Under the pieces are notes generated by a model. The model was not told the origin of the DNA. It saw only the letters and a program-made list of their open reading frames with translations, and did no database searches. The position numbers and the translations under genes were made by a program. From assembly GCA_021325655.1 (NCBI GenBank), contig JAJPGT010000043.1, forward strand, positions 207,959-271,958: 64,000 nt of DNA. Direction: 5' to 3'. Each line of letters opens with the position of its first letter. Positions within the stretch are counted from its first letter, which is position 1. This DNA comes from Pseudomonadota bacterium. GTDB lineage: Bacteria; Chloroflexota; UBA6077; JAJPGT01. Shown one piece after another: positions 1 through 9,576 of this stretch.

Positions 1-395
1 GTGCCAGCCCAGCGGTCGTAGACCACCTTTCCCGTCAGGTAGGTGACCCCGACCAGCCCGATGCCGGCGAGGGCGGAGGGGAGACGCGCCGCGAACTCGG
101 TCACCTCGAACAGCAGGTACGCGCAGGCGGTAAGCCACAGCAGCAGGGGCGGTTTGTTGAAGTAGAGCTCGTAGCCCCAGTGCAGCGTCAGCCAGTCCCC
201 ACTCTGCACGATCTCCCGAGCAACCTGGGCAAAGATCGCTTCGTCCCAGTCGGCCAGCGGCTCCCGACCAAGGTCCAGCAGCAGCATTAGCGCCGCGGCC
301 AGGCACAGGATGGGCAGCGGCCAATCCGCGGCGAGCCAGGCTGGAAGCGCCAGCCGTGGCGACGGCGCAGCCGGCCGGCGCAGGGTCGGTAGCAT
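1..395 (-). CDS. Membrane glycosyltransferase, GT39/ArnT-PMT-like (N-terminal ~131 codons; rest lies outside the window)
   Basis: Reverse-strand ATG at 393-395. Translation MLPTLRRPAAPS...LGREPLADWDEAIFAQVAREIVQSGDWLTLHWGYELYFNKPPLLLWLTACAY matches the conserved first TM/loop of ArnT/PMT_2-type polyprenyl-phosphate-sugar transferases. Confidence 0.7.
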   Translation of the reverse strand, partial: MLPTLRRPAAPSPRLALPAWLAADWPLPILCLAAALMLLLDLGREPLADWDEAIFAQVAREIVQSGDWLTLHWGYELYFNKPPLLLWLTACAYLLFEVTEFAARLPSALAGIGLVGVTYLTGKVVYDRWAG

Positions 396-442
396 GTCGA
401 CTCCCTCCGTCAGGACAGCAGGCGTCATCCAGTATGGTCGAA

Positions 443-1336
443 TCACAGCCTCTCCGGCCCGCAGCGCTCGCCAGCGCGCGTCTCGCCCATGTGGTCCGGC
501 GGTGGGCCCGCGTGTATCGGCTGGCAGCGCGGGCAGACGTGCGTGCCCCGTTGCCCCAGCCAGCGCTTCTCGATCGGCGCCCCGCAGCGCGGGCAGGGCG
601 CGCCCGCGCGCCCGTATACTGCCAGGAAGCGCTGGTTGTCGCCGCGCTCCCCGTCGGAGTCCCGGTAGTCACGCAGCGACGTCCCGCGCCGCTCGATGGC
701 TGCGAGCAGGACGTCTCGTATCGCGTCGGCCAGTCGCCCGATCTCCGCGGGCGCAAGGCTGTCCGCCCGACGCTCCGGGTGCAGCCCGGCGGTCCAGAGG
801 ATCTCGTCGGCGTAGATGTTGCCGATCCCGGCCAGGAAAGTCTGGTCGAGCAGCAGCGGCTTGAGCCGGCCACGGCGGCGAGCGAGCAGCGCCGCCAGGC
901 GCTGCGGGGTGAGGTCCTCAAGTGGCTCTGGACCAGCCACCTGGGCGAAGAACGCCGCGAGCGCCGCCTGGTCACGATGGTAGCTGGCCCGCCCGAACTT
1001 CCGAATGTCCACGAAACGCAGCTCGCTGCCATCGTCGAACCGCAGGGTCAGCCGCGTGTACGGCTCGGTGGGGGCACCAGGAGGCCGGACGAGCAAGTTA
1101 CCGGTCATGCGACGGTGAACCGCCAGCGCCGCGCCGTCAGCGAAGTGGAGCACGACGTGCTTGCCGCGGCGGGTGACGTCGGCGATCGTCACCCCCGCCA
1201 GCGCCGCGCCCAGCTCCGCGGGGCTGGCGTTGGCCAGGGTGCGCTCCCAGGTGACCTCCACCTCGCGAACACGCCGGCCAACGATCGCCTCCTTGAGGCC
1301 GCGCACGGTGGTTTCGACCTCCGGGAGCTCGGGCAC
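443..1336 (-). CDS. mutM: Formamidopyrimidine-DNA glycosylase (Fpg/MutM)
   Basis: N-terminal MPELPEVETTVRGL catalytic motif, H2TH region, and C-terminal zinc finger CPRCGAPIEK...THVCPRCQ. Confidence 0.93.
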   Translation of the reverse strand: MPELPEVETTVRGLKEAIVGRRVREVEVTWERTLANASPAELGAALAGVTIADVTRRGKHVVLHFADGAALAVHRRMTGNLLVRPPGAPTEPYTRLTLRFDDGSELRFVDIRKFGRASYHRDQAALAAFFAQVAGPEPLEDLTPQRLAALLARRRGRLKPLLLDQTFLAGIGNIYADEILWTAGLHPERRADSLAPAEIGRLADAIRDVLLAAIERRGTSLRDYRDSDGERGDNQRFLAVYGRAGAPCPRCGAPIEKRWLGQRGTHVCPRCQPIHAGPPPDHMGETRAGERCGPERL

Positions 1337-4116
1337 TAGACCGTCTGCGGCAGTGGGGTCATCTCTTCCCAGTTCGACCCCACCTTCACGTCGACTCGAA
1401 CCGGCACGCTCAGCTCGAAGGCGTGGACCATCGTGTCGCGTACCACCTCCGCCAGCTCGTCCACCTCGTCCTCAGGCACCTCGAACACCAGCTCGTCGTG
1501 GACCTGGAGAATCATCCGGGCCCGGCTGCGCGACTCGCGCAGGTAGCGCTGGATGCGGATCATCGCCAGCTTAATGATGTCCGCCTGCGTTCCCTGGATC
1601 GGGTGGTTGATCGCGGCGCGCTGGGCTGCCTGGCGCACCGCATAGACCGGACTCTTCAGCTCCGGGATGTAGCGCCGCCGGCCGAGCAGCGTGGTGACGT
1701 AGCCCCGCCGCTCCGCTTCACGCAGCACCTGGTCCTGGTAGCGCTTGATCGTCGCGAAGCGGCTGAAGTAGCGGTCGATGAAGGCGCCCGCCTCGTACTG
1801 CGGCAGATCGGTCCGGGCGGCCAGGCCATACTCGGACATTCCGTACAGCACCCCGAAGTTCACCATCTTGGCCAGCCGGCGCTGGTCGGCCGTCACCTGG
1901 CTGATCGGAATGCCCAGCACCTCCGCCGCCGTCGCCGCATGGATATCCTGGTCTTCCTCGAACGCCTGCACCAGCGTCGGGTCGCCGGTGATATGCGCCA
2001 GAATGCGCAGCTCGATCTGGGCATAGTCGGCGCTCAGCAGCCGCAGCTGTGGTCCGCCGGCGACGAAGGCGCGCCGCACTCGCCGCCCGAGCTCGGTGCG
2101 GATGGGGATGTTCTGCAGATTCGGGTCGCTGGAGGACAGGCGTCCTGTCGCCGTCATCGTCTGGTTGAACGAGGTGTGCACCCGCCCGGTGCGCGGGTTG
2201 ATCAGCGCCGGCAGCGCATCCACGTAGGTGCCGATTAGCTTCTGAAGCTGGCGGTGCTCCAGGATCAGGTCCACCACCGGGTGGATGCCGCGCAGCTCTT
2301 CCAGCACCTCCGCGCCGGTGGACACCTGGCCGGTGCGGGTGCGCTTCGACTTCGGCAGGTGCAGCTCCTCGAAGAGCACATGCGACAACTGTGAGGGCGA
2401 GGCGACGTTGAACTGGTGGCCGACGGCGCGATAGATCTCCGCCTCGATCTCGCCCAGCCGGGCATGCAGCTCCTGGCTGAGCGTGCGCAGGTAGGCGGTG
2501 TCGATCGCCACTCCGGCCTGCTCCATGCTCGCCAGGACCGGGACCAGTGGCAGCTCGACCTCGCAGAAGAGCCGCTGCTGGTCGTTGTCATCCAGCTCGC
2601 GCTTCAGGATCGGCACCAGCCGTCGCACCAGGTCTGCCTCCTGCCGGGCGTACTCCCCGGCCGCGGCCGGGTCGACCTGGGCCATGGTGATCGCCCTCTT
2701 GCCGGACCCCAGCAGCGCGGTCGCGGCCGGCAGCTCCACCTGGAGCTTTCGCCAGGCGAGATCGCGCAGCGCAAAGGTTCGCTGCGTCGATTCCAGTAGG
2801 TAGGCGGCGATCATGGTGTCGAAGTCGAGCCCTTCCACCGGGACGCCGTGCTGTTCCAGGATGATGATCGAGTACTTGGCGTTATGCATCAGCTTCGGGA
2901 TCGACTCGTCGCCCAGGAATGGCCGCAGCCGCGCCAGCGCCTCCTGAACCGGAAGCTGCTCTCCCTCGGCGTGGCCGAGCGGCAGGTAGCGCGCCGGATG
3001 GTCGTCCACCGCAATCCCGATCCCCACCAGCGCTGCTCGCATCGGGTCCAAGCTGGTCGCCTGGACGTTGAAGGCGATCCGCTGCGCCGACTGGAGCTCG
3101 GCCACCAGCGCCTCCAGCGACGCCTGATCGTGCACCAGCCCGTCCGTGGCGCGCGGCGCCGCTGGCGTCACGCCGTCGGGCTCGGCGGGCCTGCCCTCGA
3201 ACAGGCTCAACTGTGCCGACGCCTGCTCGCGCTCGCTGCCGGCGCCCGCACCCAGTACACTCGGGAGCCGGTCCAGCAGACTGCGGAAGCCCAGCTCGTG
3301 GAAGGTGGACAGCAGCCGGGCGCGATCGTAGCTGCGGAGCTCGGCACGCTCCAGCTCGAGCTGGACCGGGAGATCCGTCACAATGGTGGCCAGCCGACGA
3401 GATTGGTAGACCTGGTCGCGGAAGAGCTCCAGCGGCTCGCGCAGCTTGGGTGGCACCTGGTCCAGGTGCGCATAGAGCTCGTCGAGCGTCCCGAAGTCAC
3501 GCAGCAGCCTGGCCGCCGTCTTCTCGCCGATCCCCGGCACGCCCGGGATGTTGTCCGAAACGTCGCCCCGCAGCGCTTTGAAGTCGACGAGCTGATCCGG
3601 CTCCAGCCCGTAGCGCTCGCGCACCGCCTCTTCGTCGTACAGCACGGTGTCCGATACGCCCTGGCGCGGCGCGAGCACCTTCACCCGCGGCCCGACAAGC
3701 TGCAGCATGTCCAGGTCGCCGCTGATGATGATCGCCTCCAGGCCGCGGCGCGCCGCTTCCTTGGAGAGGGTGCCGACCAGATCGTCCGCCTCGAAGCCGT
3801 CGAGGCGATAGATAGGGATGTTGAGCGCGTCGAGCACCTGGTAGGCCAGGGGGAACTGCTCGTGCAGCCCTTCCGCCGCCGGCTGGCGCGTTGCCTTGTA
3901 GTCGGCCGACTCGATGTGGCGGAAGGTGGGGGCCGAGGTGTCGAAGGCGGCGACGGCGTAGCGTGGCTGCAGCTCGGCGCAGGCTTTGAGCAGCATGGAG
4001 GTGAAGCCAAACACCGCGTTGGTGAGCTGGCCGCTCGGGCTGGTGAGGCTGCGAATCGCGTGGAAGGCGCGGTGCATCAGGGAATGGCCGTCGAGAATGA
4101 TGATCCGGTCGGTCAT
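1336..4116 (-). CDS. polA: DNA polymerase I
   Basis: 5'-3' exonuclease N-terminus (MTDRIIILDGHSLMHRAF) and family-A polymerase motifs (SADYAQIELRILAH, QVHDELVFE). Start placed at ATG 4114-4116, which has GGAGG just upstream. The extra 112 upstream codons of the tracked ORF overlap rimI and are Arg/Ala-rich. Confidence 0.95.
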   Translation of the reverse strand: MTDRIIILDGHSLMHRAFHAIRSLTSPSGQLTNAVFGFTSMLLKACAELQPRYAVAAFDTSAPTFRHIESADYKATRQPAAEGLHEQFPLAYQVLDALNIPIYRLDGFEADDLVGTLSKEAARRGLEAIIISGDLDMLQLVGPRVKVLAPRQGVSDTVLYDEEAVRERYGLEPDQLVDFKALRGDVSDNIPGVPGIGEKTAARLLRDFGTLDELYAHLDQVPPKLREPLELFRDQVYQSRRLATIVTDLPVQLELERAELRSYDRARLLSTFHELGFRSLLDRLPSVLGAGAGSEREQASAQLSLFEGRPAEPDGVTPAAPRATDGLVHDQASLEALVAELQSAQRIAFNVQATSLDPMRAALVGIGIAVDDHPARYLPLGHAEGEQLPVQEALARLRPFLGDESIPKLMHNAKYSIIILEQHGVPVEGLDFDTMIAAYLLESTQRTFALRDLAWRKLQVELPAATALLGSGKRAITMAQVDPAAAGEYARQEADLVRRLVPILKRELDDNDQQRLFCEVELPLVPVLASMEQAGVAIDTAYLRTLSQELHARLGEIEAEIYRAVGHQFNVASPSQLSHVLFEELHLPKSKRTRTGQVSTGAEVLEELRGIHPVVDLILEHRQLQKLIGTYVDALPALINPRTGRVHTSFNQTMTATGRLSSSDPNLQNIPIRTELGRRVRRAFVAGGPQLRLLSADYAQIELRILAHITGDPTLVQAFEEDQDIHAATAAEVLGIPISQVTADQRRLAKMVNFGVLYGMSEYGLAARTDLPQYEAGAFIDRYFSRFATIKRYQDQVLREAERRGYVTTLLGRRRYIPELKSPVYAVRQAAQRAAINHPIQGTQADIIKLAMIRIQRYLRESRSRARMILQVHDELVFEVPEDEVDELAEVVRDTMVHAFELSVPVRVDVKVGSNWEEMTPLPQTV

Positions 4117-4769
4117 CCTGCCTCCGTGAGCCGCTGCCGCAGCGCGGCCCGGTTCTGCTCCAGCACGCGCCGGAAGTGCTCCGAGTCCAGCGGGTCGGTC
4201 CACATGATGAGCGCATCCTCGCCGTTGTCGCTGTAATAGCGTCGGCGCACGCCCATCTCCTTGAAGGTGTATTTCCGGTACAGCGCCTGCGCGACCTCGT
4301 TGCTCACCCGCACCTCCAGTGTTACCCAGCGGGCCCCGACCGAGATCGCGTGGTCGATCAGGTGCAGCAGCAGCAGCTCCCCGACGTGCTTGCCTCGGTA
4401 CTGCGGGTGCACCGCGATCGTCGTCACGTGCGCCTCGTCGGTCATCAGCCACAGCCCGGCGTAGCCGACCACGCCCCGGTCCTCAGCCCCTCCGCTGGTC
4501 GGGTCGGCGCTGGCGCGGAGCAGCCGCTGGAGCTTGCCGAACAGTCCATCCTCCGTCCGATCCGCCGACTGGGGTTGTGGCTCGGGCGCGGACGCGCGTA
4601 CCGGCGCGGGTGCGTCCAGCACGCGGGCGACCACGTAGTGCGCCATGCGGTTCTCGAGAATTTCGCGGCGGTAGGCGCTCTGCGGCCACGGCTGGGGAAA
4701 CGACAGCCGCTCGATCGCGCTGACCGTCGGAATATCACCCAGGCGCATCGGCTCGACGACGAATCGCAT
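4113..4769 (-). CDS. rimI: Ribosomal-protein-alanine N-acetyltransferase (GNAT) carrying a ~45-aa low-complexity insert
   Basis: GNAT core (TIAVHPQYRGKHVGELLLLHLI) and position after tsaB, as in tsaE-tsaB-rimI clusters. Start at ATG 4767-4769 (MRFVVEPMRLGDIP). Confidence 0.8.
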   Translation of the reverse strand: MRFVVEPMRLGDIPTVSAIERLSFPQPWPQSAYRREILENRMAHYVVARVLDAPAPVRASAPEPQPQSADRTEDGLFGKLQRLLRASADPTSGGAEDRGVVGYAGLWLMTDEAHVTTIAVHPQYRGKHVGELLLLHLIDHAISVGARWVTLEVRVSNEVAQALYRKYTFKEMGVRRRYYSDNGEDALIMWTDPLDSEHFRRVLEQNRAALRQRLTEAG

Positions 4770-4774
4770 CTGGC

Positions 4775-5431
4775 TCACCTGGCTACGTAGACCGCGTCGA
4801 CCAGGCCCGGATCGCCGCTGGCGCCAGCCTGCAAGAGGCGCAGGCCGCGTTCCGCCAGGTACGCTGAGCGGCGGAGCCCCGCGGCCGGACTCGCCACACG
4901 CACCGCATCGCCATAGCGCTCGGCGAGCGCCTGGCGCGCCTGCGGGCTCAGCTCGCCACAAAACAGCGCCGGCTCCGCCCCGAGCGCCACGAGCCCAGCC
5001 AGATCGACGTTCCGATACTCCCCCTGCCGCTCCATGCCGTTCGGACCACCGCGAAACAGCGCGGTGAGCCAGCGCCCCCGCCCGGCCTCGACGACCGGGC
5101 GGACCGGGAGCGGAGCCGCCGCGAACGCGTCCGCCAGCGCGTCCAGCGATTCTACCCCGACCAGCGGGATGCCCCGCCCCAGCGCCAGCCCCTTAGCGAC
5201 CGACAGCCCCACCCGCACCCCGGTGAATGAGCCCGGCCCGCGCGCTACCGCGACCGCCCCCAGCGCTTGCACCGAGCAGCCGACAAGCTCGAACAGACGC
5301 GACATCTGCTCCAGGAGCTGCTCGTTATGGTGCCGGCCCGACCACCAGGTCTGCTCCGCCCAGACGCGCTCACCATCGTGGAGTGCCAGGCCGGCGTAGC
5401 TCGTTGACGTGTCGATCGCCAGCAGCAGCAC
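4775..5431 (-). CDS. tsaB: tRNA t6A37 biosynthesis protein TsaB (YeaZ)
   Basis: MLLLAIDTSTSYAGLAL N-terminal ASKHA motif, GPGSFTGVRVG motif, and cluster context with tsaE and rimI. Confidence 0.88.
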   Translation of the reverse strand: MLLLAIDTSTSYAGLALHDGERVWAEQTWWSGRHHNEQLLEQMSRLFELVGCSVQALGAVAVARGPGSFTGVRVGLSVAKGLALGRGIPLVGVESLDALADAFAAAPLPVRPVVEAGRGRWLTALFRGGPNGMERQGEYRNVDLAGLVALGAEPALFCGELSPQARQALAERYGDAVRVASPAAGLRRSAYLAERGLRLLQAGASGDPGLVDAVYVAR

Positions 5432-5953
5432 CTAGCTCTGCCCCTGCCGCGCCGACACGCCCACGCTCGCCGCCTGGCGAATCGCCCACTCAAGGCGCGC
5501 ATTCGCCGGGGCGAACGTGAAACGGCGCCGACGCTCGCCAAGCGGCTCGATCGCCACTCGGGTCACCGCGAGATCCGGCGGGACCGGCAGCCGCTCAGGC
5601 CATTCAATCGCGCACACCGCGTCGCTCTCCAGATACTCGTCCAGGCTCGCCAGCAGCGCCGGCTCGATCGACTCCAGCCGAAACAGATCGATGTGCACCA
5701 GCGGCAGCCGCCCCTGGTGCTCGCTGGCCAGGACGAAGGACGGGCTTGACACCGGCGTGGGCACCTCCAGCCCTCGCGCCAGCCCCTGGACGAATACGGT
5801 CTTCCCCGCCCCGAATGGACCAGCGAGTAGGAAGACATCGCCCGGCTCGACCGTACGACCGAGCGCCGCGCCGAGGGCGAACGTCTCCTCGGGGCTGGCC
5901 GTCTCGACCACCACAGGCGGCGCCGCTTCCAACTGTCCGTCCCGCTGGCTCAC
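5432..5953 (-). CDS. tsaE: tRNA t6A37 biosynthesis ATPase TsaE (YjeE)
   Basis: P-loop LAGPFGAGKTVFVQGLARGL, size about 170 aa, adjacent to tsaB. Confidence 0.88.
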   Translation of the reverse strand: MSQRDGQLEAAPPVVVETASPEETFALGAALGRTVEPGDVFLLAGPFGAGKTVFVQGLARGLEVPTPVSSPSFVLASEHQGRLPLVHIDLFRLESIEPALLASLDEYLESDAVCAIEWPERLPVPPDLAVTRVAIEPLGERRRRFTFAPANARLEWAIRQAASVGVSARQGQS

Positions 5954-7002
5954 AGCGGATGCTCCCAGGAACGGAGCCGCGGGGTATAGCGTTCGCCGCG
6001 GCTGTCCAGCACTCCTACCTCCTCCGCGCCCTCGCTGCGCTCACGTACCTGGCCGACCAGCGAGAGCGGCGCCAGACCTGCTGTCCGCAGCCGCTCCGCC
6101 GCGGCCCGGAGCACCTCTGCTCGCCCGGTGACCAGCAGCTCGTAGTCCTCGCCGCCGGCGAGCGCGATCTCGGCGGCCTCCTCGCCAAATACCTCGCGGA
6201 GCGCTGCGCTGACCGGCACGGCGTCGAGTCTCAGCTCGATCTGCACCCCACTCGCCCGCGCCAGCCGGGCGCAGTCGCCGAGCAGCCCATCGCTCAGGTC
6301 CATTCCACACCGGACGCCGCTATCCCGCAGCAGCGCCGCCTCCGGGACGCGCGGCTCAGGACGGTTATGGCGCCTAACCAGCTCCCGCTCCGCTTCGGTG
6401 CGCGGCTGGCGGCCGGCGAGCAGCAGCCGGAGCCCGCCCGCGGCATCGCCCAGCGTCCCCGTCACGGCCACCTGGTCGCCCGGCCGCGCCGCGTCGCGCC
6501 GCAGCAGGTGCGCGCCTGCTTCGGCCAGCAGCGCCACGCTCAGGAACGTCGTAGGAGAGGAGACCACGTCGCCGCCCACCACCTGGACCGCGAAGCGGGC
6601 GGCGTGGTCGGCCAGCCCGTGGTACAGCGACTCCAGCTCCTCCAGGGATCGTCCCCGACTCAGTCCGAGCGTGACCAGGGCGAAGCGAGGGGTGGCGCCC
6701 ATCGCTGCCGCATCGCTCACGTTCACCGCGAGCGCCTTCCAGCCCAGGTCACGCCAGCTCGTGAAGCGAAGGTCGAAGTGAACACCCTCGACGAGCGCGT
6801 CCGTGGTCGCGACGACCCGCGTACCCGGTGTCGGCGTCCAGACGGCGGCGTCGTCGCCAATTCCGAGCAGTAGCCCACCTGCGCCGGGGAGCGCCGGCGC
6901 GGACGGCATGGGGGTAACGATCTGGGCAAGTCGCTCGATCAGCCCGAACTCGCCCAGCGCCGACAGGCTCGACATGACGGTACGGAACGGCTCCTGCTGC
7001 AT
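5950..7002 (-). CDS. thiL: Thiamine-monophosphate kinase
   Basis: GEFGLIERL...GIGDDAAV N-terminal AIR-synthase-like motifs with a PurM-like C-domain. Start is ambiguous (TTG 7011, ATG 7002 or ATG 6975). Confidence 0.85.
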   Translation of the reverse strand: MQQEPFRTVMSSLSALGEFGLIERLAQIVTPMPSAPALPGAGGLLLGIGDDAAVWTPTPGTRVVATTDALVEGVHFDLRFTSWRDLGWKALAVNVSDAAAMGATPRFALVTLGLSRGRSLEELESLYHGLADHAARFAVQVVGGDVVSSPTTFLSVALLAEAGAHLLRRDAARPGDQVAVTGTLGDAAGGLRLLLAGRQPRTEAERELVRRHNRPEPRVPEAALLRDSGVRCGMDLSDGLLGDCARLARASGVQIELRLDAVPVSAALREVFGEEAAEIALAGGEDYELLVTGRAEVLRAAAERLRTAGLAPLSLVGQVRERSEGAEEVGVLDSRGERYTPRLRSWEHPL

Positions 7003-7085
7003 TGTATCCAAACGCCAGCGCCGGCCGGTCCGGGCCTCGCCGGCCCCGGCTGCGCCTTGAGCCGCTTCCGGTGTACCGTCGTAGT

Positions 7086-7823
7086 GTGCGGATCGCGGTG
7101 CTCTCCGACATTCATAGCAACCTCGTGGCGCTCGAGCAGGTGCTGCGCGACTGCGGCACGGTCGACGCGGTCTGGTGCCTGGGCGATGTCGTCGGCTACG
7201 GGCCGCGGCCGAACGAGGTGGTGGCGCGGCTCCAGGCAGTCGGCGCGGTTGCCGTGGCCGGGAACCATGACTGGGCGGCGATCGGGCGGATCGACACCGA
7301 CGACTTCAACCCGGACGCGGCTGCGGCGGCGCAGTGGACGGCGCGCATGCTGCTGCACGAGGCGAGCGCCTATCTCGCCGGCCTGCCCCAGGTTCGGGTG
7401 CACGACCAGCAGCGCGCAACCCTGGTGCACGGGAGTCCGCGTGACCCGCTCTGGGAATACCTGCTGGACGCGCACCGCGCCGCGGCGAACCTCGCCCACT
7501 TCGCCACCCAGCTCTGCCTGTTCGGCCACACCCACATTCCGAGCCGCTTCGTGGACCGCGGCGACGGCCGCCTGCGCGCGGAATACGCCGAACCGGACGA
7601 CGTGCTCGATCTCCAGCAGCTCCAGGGGAAGCTGCTGCTGAACCCGGGCAGCGTCGGCCAACCGCGCGACGGCGATCCCCGCGCCGCCTACCTGCTGCTC
7701 GACCTCGGCCAGGGCACCGCTACCTGGCGCCGGGTGGAGTATGACGTGTGGGAGACCCAGCAGCAGATGATCGAAGCGAAGCTGCCGCGCTGGCTGGTCG
7801 AGCGGCTGGCGCTCGGCCGTTAG
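7086..7823 (+). CDS. Calcineurin-like metallophosphoesterase (YfcE/MJ0936-like)
   Basis: Motifs VLSDIHSN, GDVVGYGP, GNHD, GHTH. Start placed at GTG 7086 (VRIAVLSDIH). Confidence 0.8.
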   Translation: MRIAVLSDIHSNLVALEQVLRDCGTVDAVWCLGDVVGYGPRPNEVVARLQAVGAVAVAGNHDWAAIGRIDTDDFNPDAAAAAQWTARMLLHEASAYLAGLPQVRVHDQQRATLVHGSPRDPLWEYLLDAHRAAANLAHFATQLCLFGHTHIPSRFVDRGDGRLRAEYAEPDDVLDLQQLQGKLLLNPGSVGQPRDGDPRAAYLLLDLGQGTATWRRVEYDVWETQQQMIEAKLPRWLVERLALGR

Positions 7824-8401
7824 GCGGAGGCCTCTTCTTCCGTGGAGGTCGGCTCGTCCTTGGGCGAGATCATGTGGGTACGGTTCGAGACCACCTCGGC
7901 AACGACCATGGAGTTCGGGATGCGGATCTCCACGTTCGAACGGGTCCGGAGCACCATGGTGCGGAAGCCGACGTGCTCCACCACTCCCTCGTGCTCCTTC
8001 ACCTGGATGGTGTCGCCCAGCCGGAACGGCCGCTCGAACAGCAGGTAGATCCCGGCGAAGAAGTTCCGGAGCAGGTCCTGGAGCGCCAGGCTGACCGCCA
8101 GACCGACCACCCCGATGGCAGCGACGAGCGTGCTGGGTGGAACGCCGAACAGGTCGAGCAGGATCGACGCGGCGAGGATGAGCACACCCAGGTGGATGAG
8201 GCGGGCGCCGAGCAGGATGATGCTCGGATCGACAGAGCTGCGGCGGGCGGCGGCGCGGAAGGCGCTGCTGGCCCGCCGCCCAACGTAGAACGTCAGGAGC
8301 AGGACCACGAGCGCCTTCATCAGCGTCGGAAGCGCCGACGCCAGGAAGGGAATCGCAGCCGCGGACCACTCCTGCAGGCCGGCCTCACGCAGGATATCCA
8401 T
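7820..8401 (-). CDS. Small-conductance mechanosensitive channel family protein (short MscS-like)
   Basis: Three TM helices followed by the MscS pore/beta-domain signature LALQDLLRNFFAGIYLLFERPFRLGDTIQV. Confidence 0.8.
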   Translation of the reverse strand: MDILREAGLQEWSAAAIPFLASALPTLMKALVVLLLTFYVGRRASSAFRAAARRSSVDPSIILLGARLIHLGVLILAASILLDLFGVPPSTLVAAIGVVGLAVSLALQDLLRNFFAGIYLLFERPFRLGDTIQVKEHEGVVEHVGFRTMVLRTRSNVEIRIPNSMVVAEVVSNRTHMISPKDEPTSTEEEASA

Positions 8402-8457
8402 GCAGGCGAGTGTAGGCGAGCGGGCAGCGCGTTCGCAGCCAGCCGGGCCGCCGAGCG

Positions 8458-8736
8458 TCAGTTACTCGGCTGCTCTCGCTGCAAGATCTCCTTGGCCGCC
8501 TGCTCAACGCCCGCCGCGACGCAGTCGCGGTAGGTGGAATACAGCGCCTTGTTGAGCAGCCGCATCCGCCAGTCGCTCGGATGCAGGACATTGATGCACT
8601 CGCGACGCTGCTTCTGCAGCCAGGCCAGACGTTGCAGGAAGAAGAGCTGCGAGGCCGTCATCGGGGACTGAGGAGTATTGGTCGGGCTCGAGCTCACGCC
8701 TCCATCCCCATCCTGCTCGCTCTGCATCATCGTCAC
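8458..8736 (-). CDS. Hypothetical protein (92 aa)
   Basis: ORF with ordinary, non Arg/Ala/Pro-biased composition (LFFLQRLAWLQKQRRECINVLHPSDWRMRLLNKALYSTYRDC), divergent from the PPIase gene. I recognise no family. Confidence 0.5.
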   Translation of the reverse strand: MTMMQSEQDGDGGVSSSPTNTPQSPMTASQLFFLQRLAWLQKQRRECINVLHPSDWRMRLLNKALYSTYRDCVAAGVEQAAKEILQREQPSN

Positions 8737-8818
8737 ACCTGCCTGCGCATCTTTGGCACACCCCCAGCGGCGCGCCCGCTATAGTGTACCAACTTCGTCT
8801 GACCGAGTTGAGAACCGA

Positions 8819-9496
8819 ATGCCTCGATTCCCCCTCTGGCTGCTGCCCCTGTCGATGACGATCCTGCTGGCGACTGCCTGCTCGTCACCCGGGGGCAGCG
8901 CGGCGCAGCCGACTCGGCCCGCCGCCCCCACTCCGCAAGGCGCGCCGACCCGACCTGCGGCCGGCGGGGCGACCGGGAAGCAGTGGCCCAGCCCGCCGCC
9001 GATGACGATCGACCCGAACAAGCAGTACAGCGCGACGCTGAAGACCGACAAGGGCGAGGTGGTCGTCGCGCTGCTGCCCAAGGAAGCGCCGATTGCGGTC
9101 AACAACTTCGTCTTCCTGGCACGCCAGGGCTTCTACGACAACGTCCCGATCCACCGCATCGTCCAGGGCTTCGTCATCCAATCGGGCGATCCGACTGGCA
9201 CCGGGACGGGCGGCCCCGGGTACACGATTCCAGACGAGAAGGTCAGCCTGGACTACAAGCGGGGCGCGGTGGCGATGGCCCGCACACCGGCGCCGAACTC
9301 GGCTGGCAGCCAGTTCTTCATCTGCCTGCAAGATATCCAGCTCCCCAAGCAGTACGTCATCTTCGGGCAGGTGACCAGCGGGATGGACGTAGTGGACCAG
9401 ATCGCGCAGACGCCAGTCAAGGCCGGCCCGAGCGGCGAGCGGTCGACCCCGATCACCCCGGTCATGATCCAGAGCGTGACGGTGAGCGAACGCTAG
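8819..9496 (+). CDS. Peptidyl-prolyl cis-trans isomerase, cyclophilin type, lipoprotein
   Basis: Lipoprotein signal MPRFPLWLLPLSMTILLATAC and cyclophilin core (FYDNVPIHRIVQGFVIQSGDP, NSAGSQFFI). ATG at 8819. Confidence 0.9.
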   Translation: MPRFPLWLLPLSMTILLATACSSPGGSAAQPTRPAAPTPQGAPTRPAAGGATGKQWPSPPPMTIDPNKQYSATLKTDKGEVVVALLPKEAPIAVNNFVFLARQGFYDNVPIHRIVQGFVIQSGDPTGTGTGGPGYTIPDEKVSLDYKRGAVAMARTPAPNSAGSQFFICLQDIQLPKQYVIFGQVTSGMDVVDQIAQTPVKAGPSGERSTPITPVMIQSVTVSER

Positions 9497-9576
9497 CTGG
9501 CCCGGGCCAGCGCTCAGCCAGCAGCGCCCGGCTCACCTCTCTCGAACGGGACAGCGGGGCGATACCGAGACGCGCC

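Noticed and set aside
2848-4236. 462-aa plus-strand ORF
   Set aside because: It is antisense to polA, which is unambiguous. Shadow ORF.
4117-4452. 112-codon N-terminal extension of the polA ORF
   Set aside because: It overlaps the rimI coding sequence, is Arg/Ala/Gly-rich, and an internal ATG with GGAGG gives the canonical PolA N-terminus.
6939-8369. 476-aa minus-strand ORF
   Set aside because: It is antisense to the metallophosphoesterase gene and out of frame with the MscS-like gene. Arg/Pro-rich junk; the overlapping genes have clear family motifs.
8886-8960. Short tandem peptide repeat (PTRPAA twice) in the PPIase linker
   Set aside because: It is a low-complexity lipoprotein linker, not a DNA-level repeat element.
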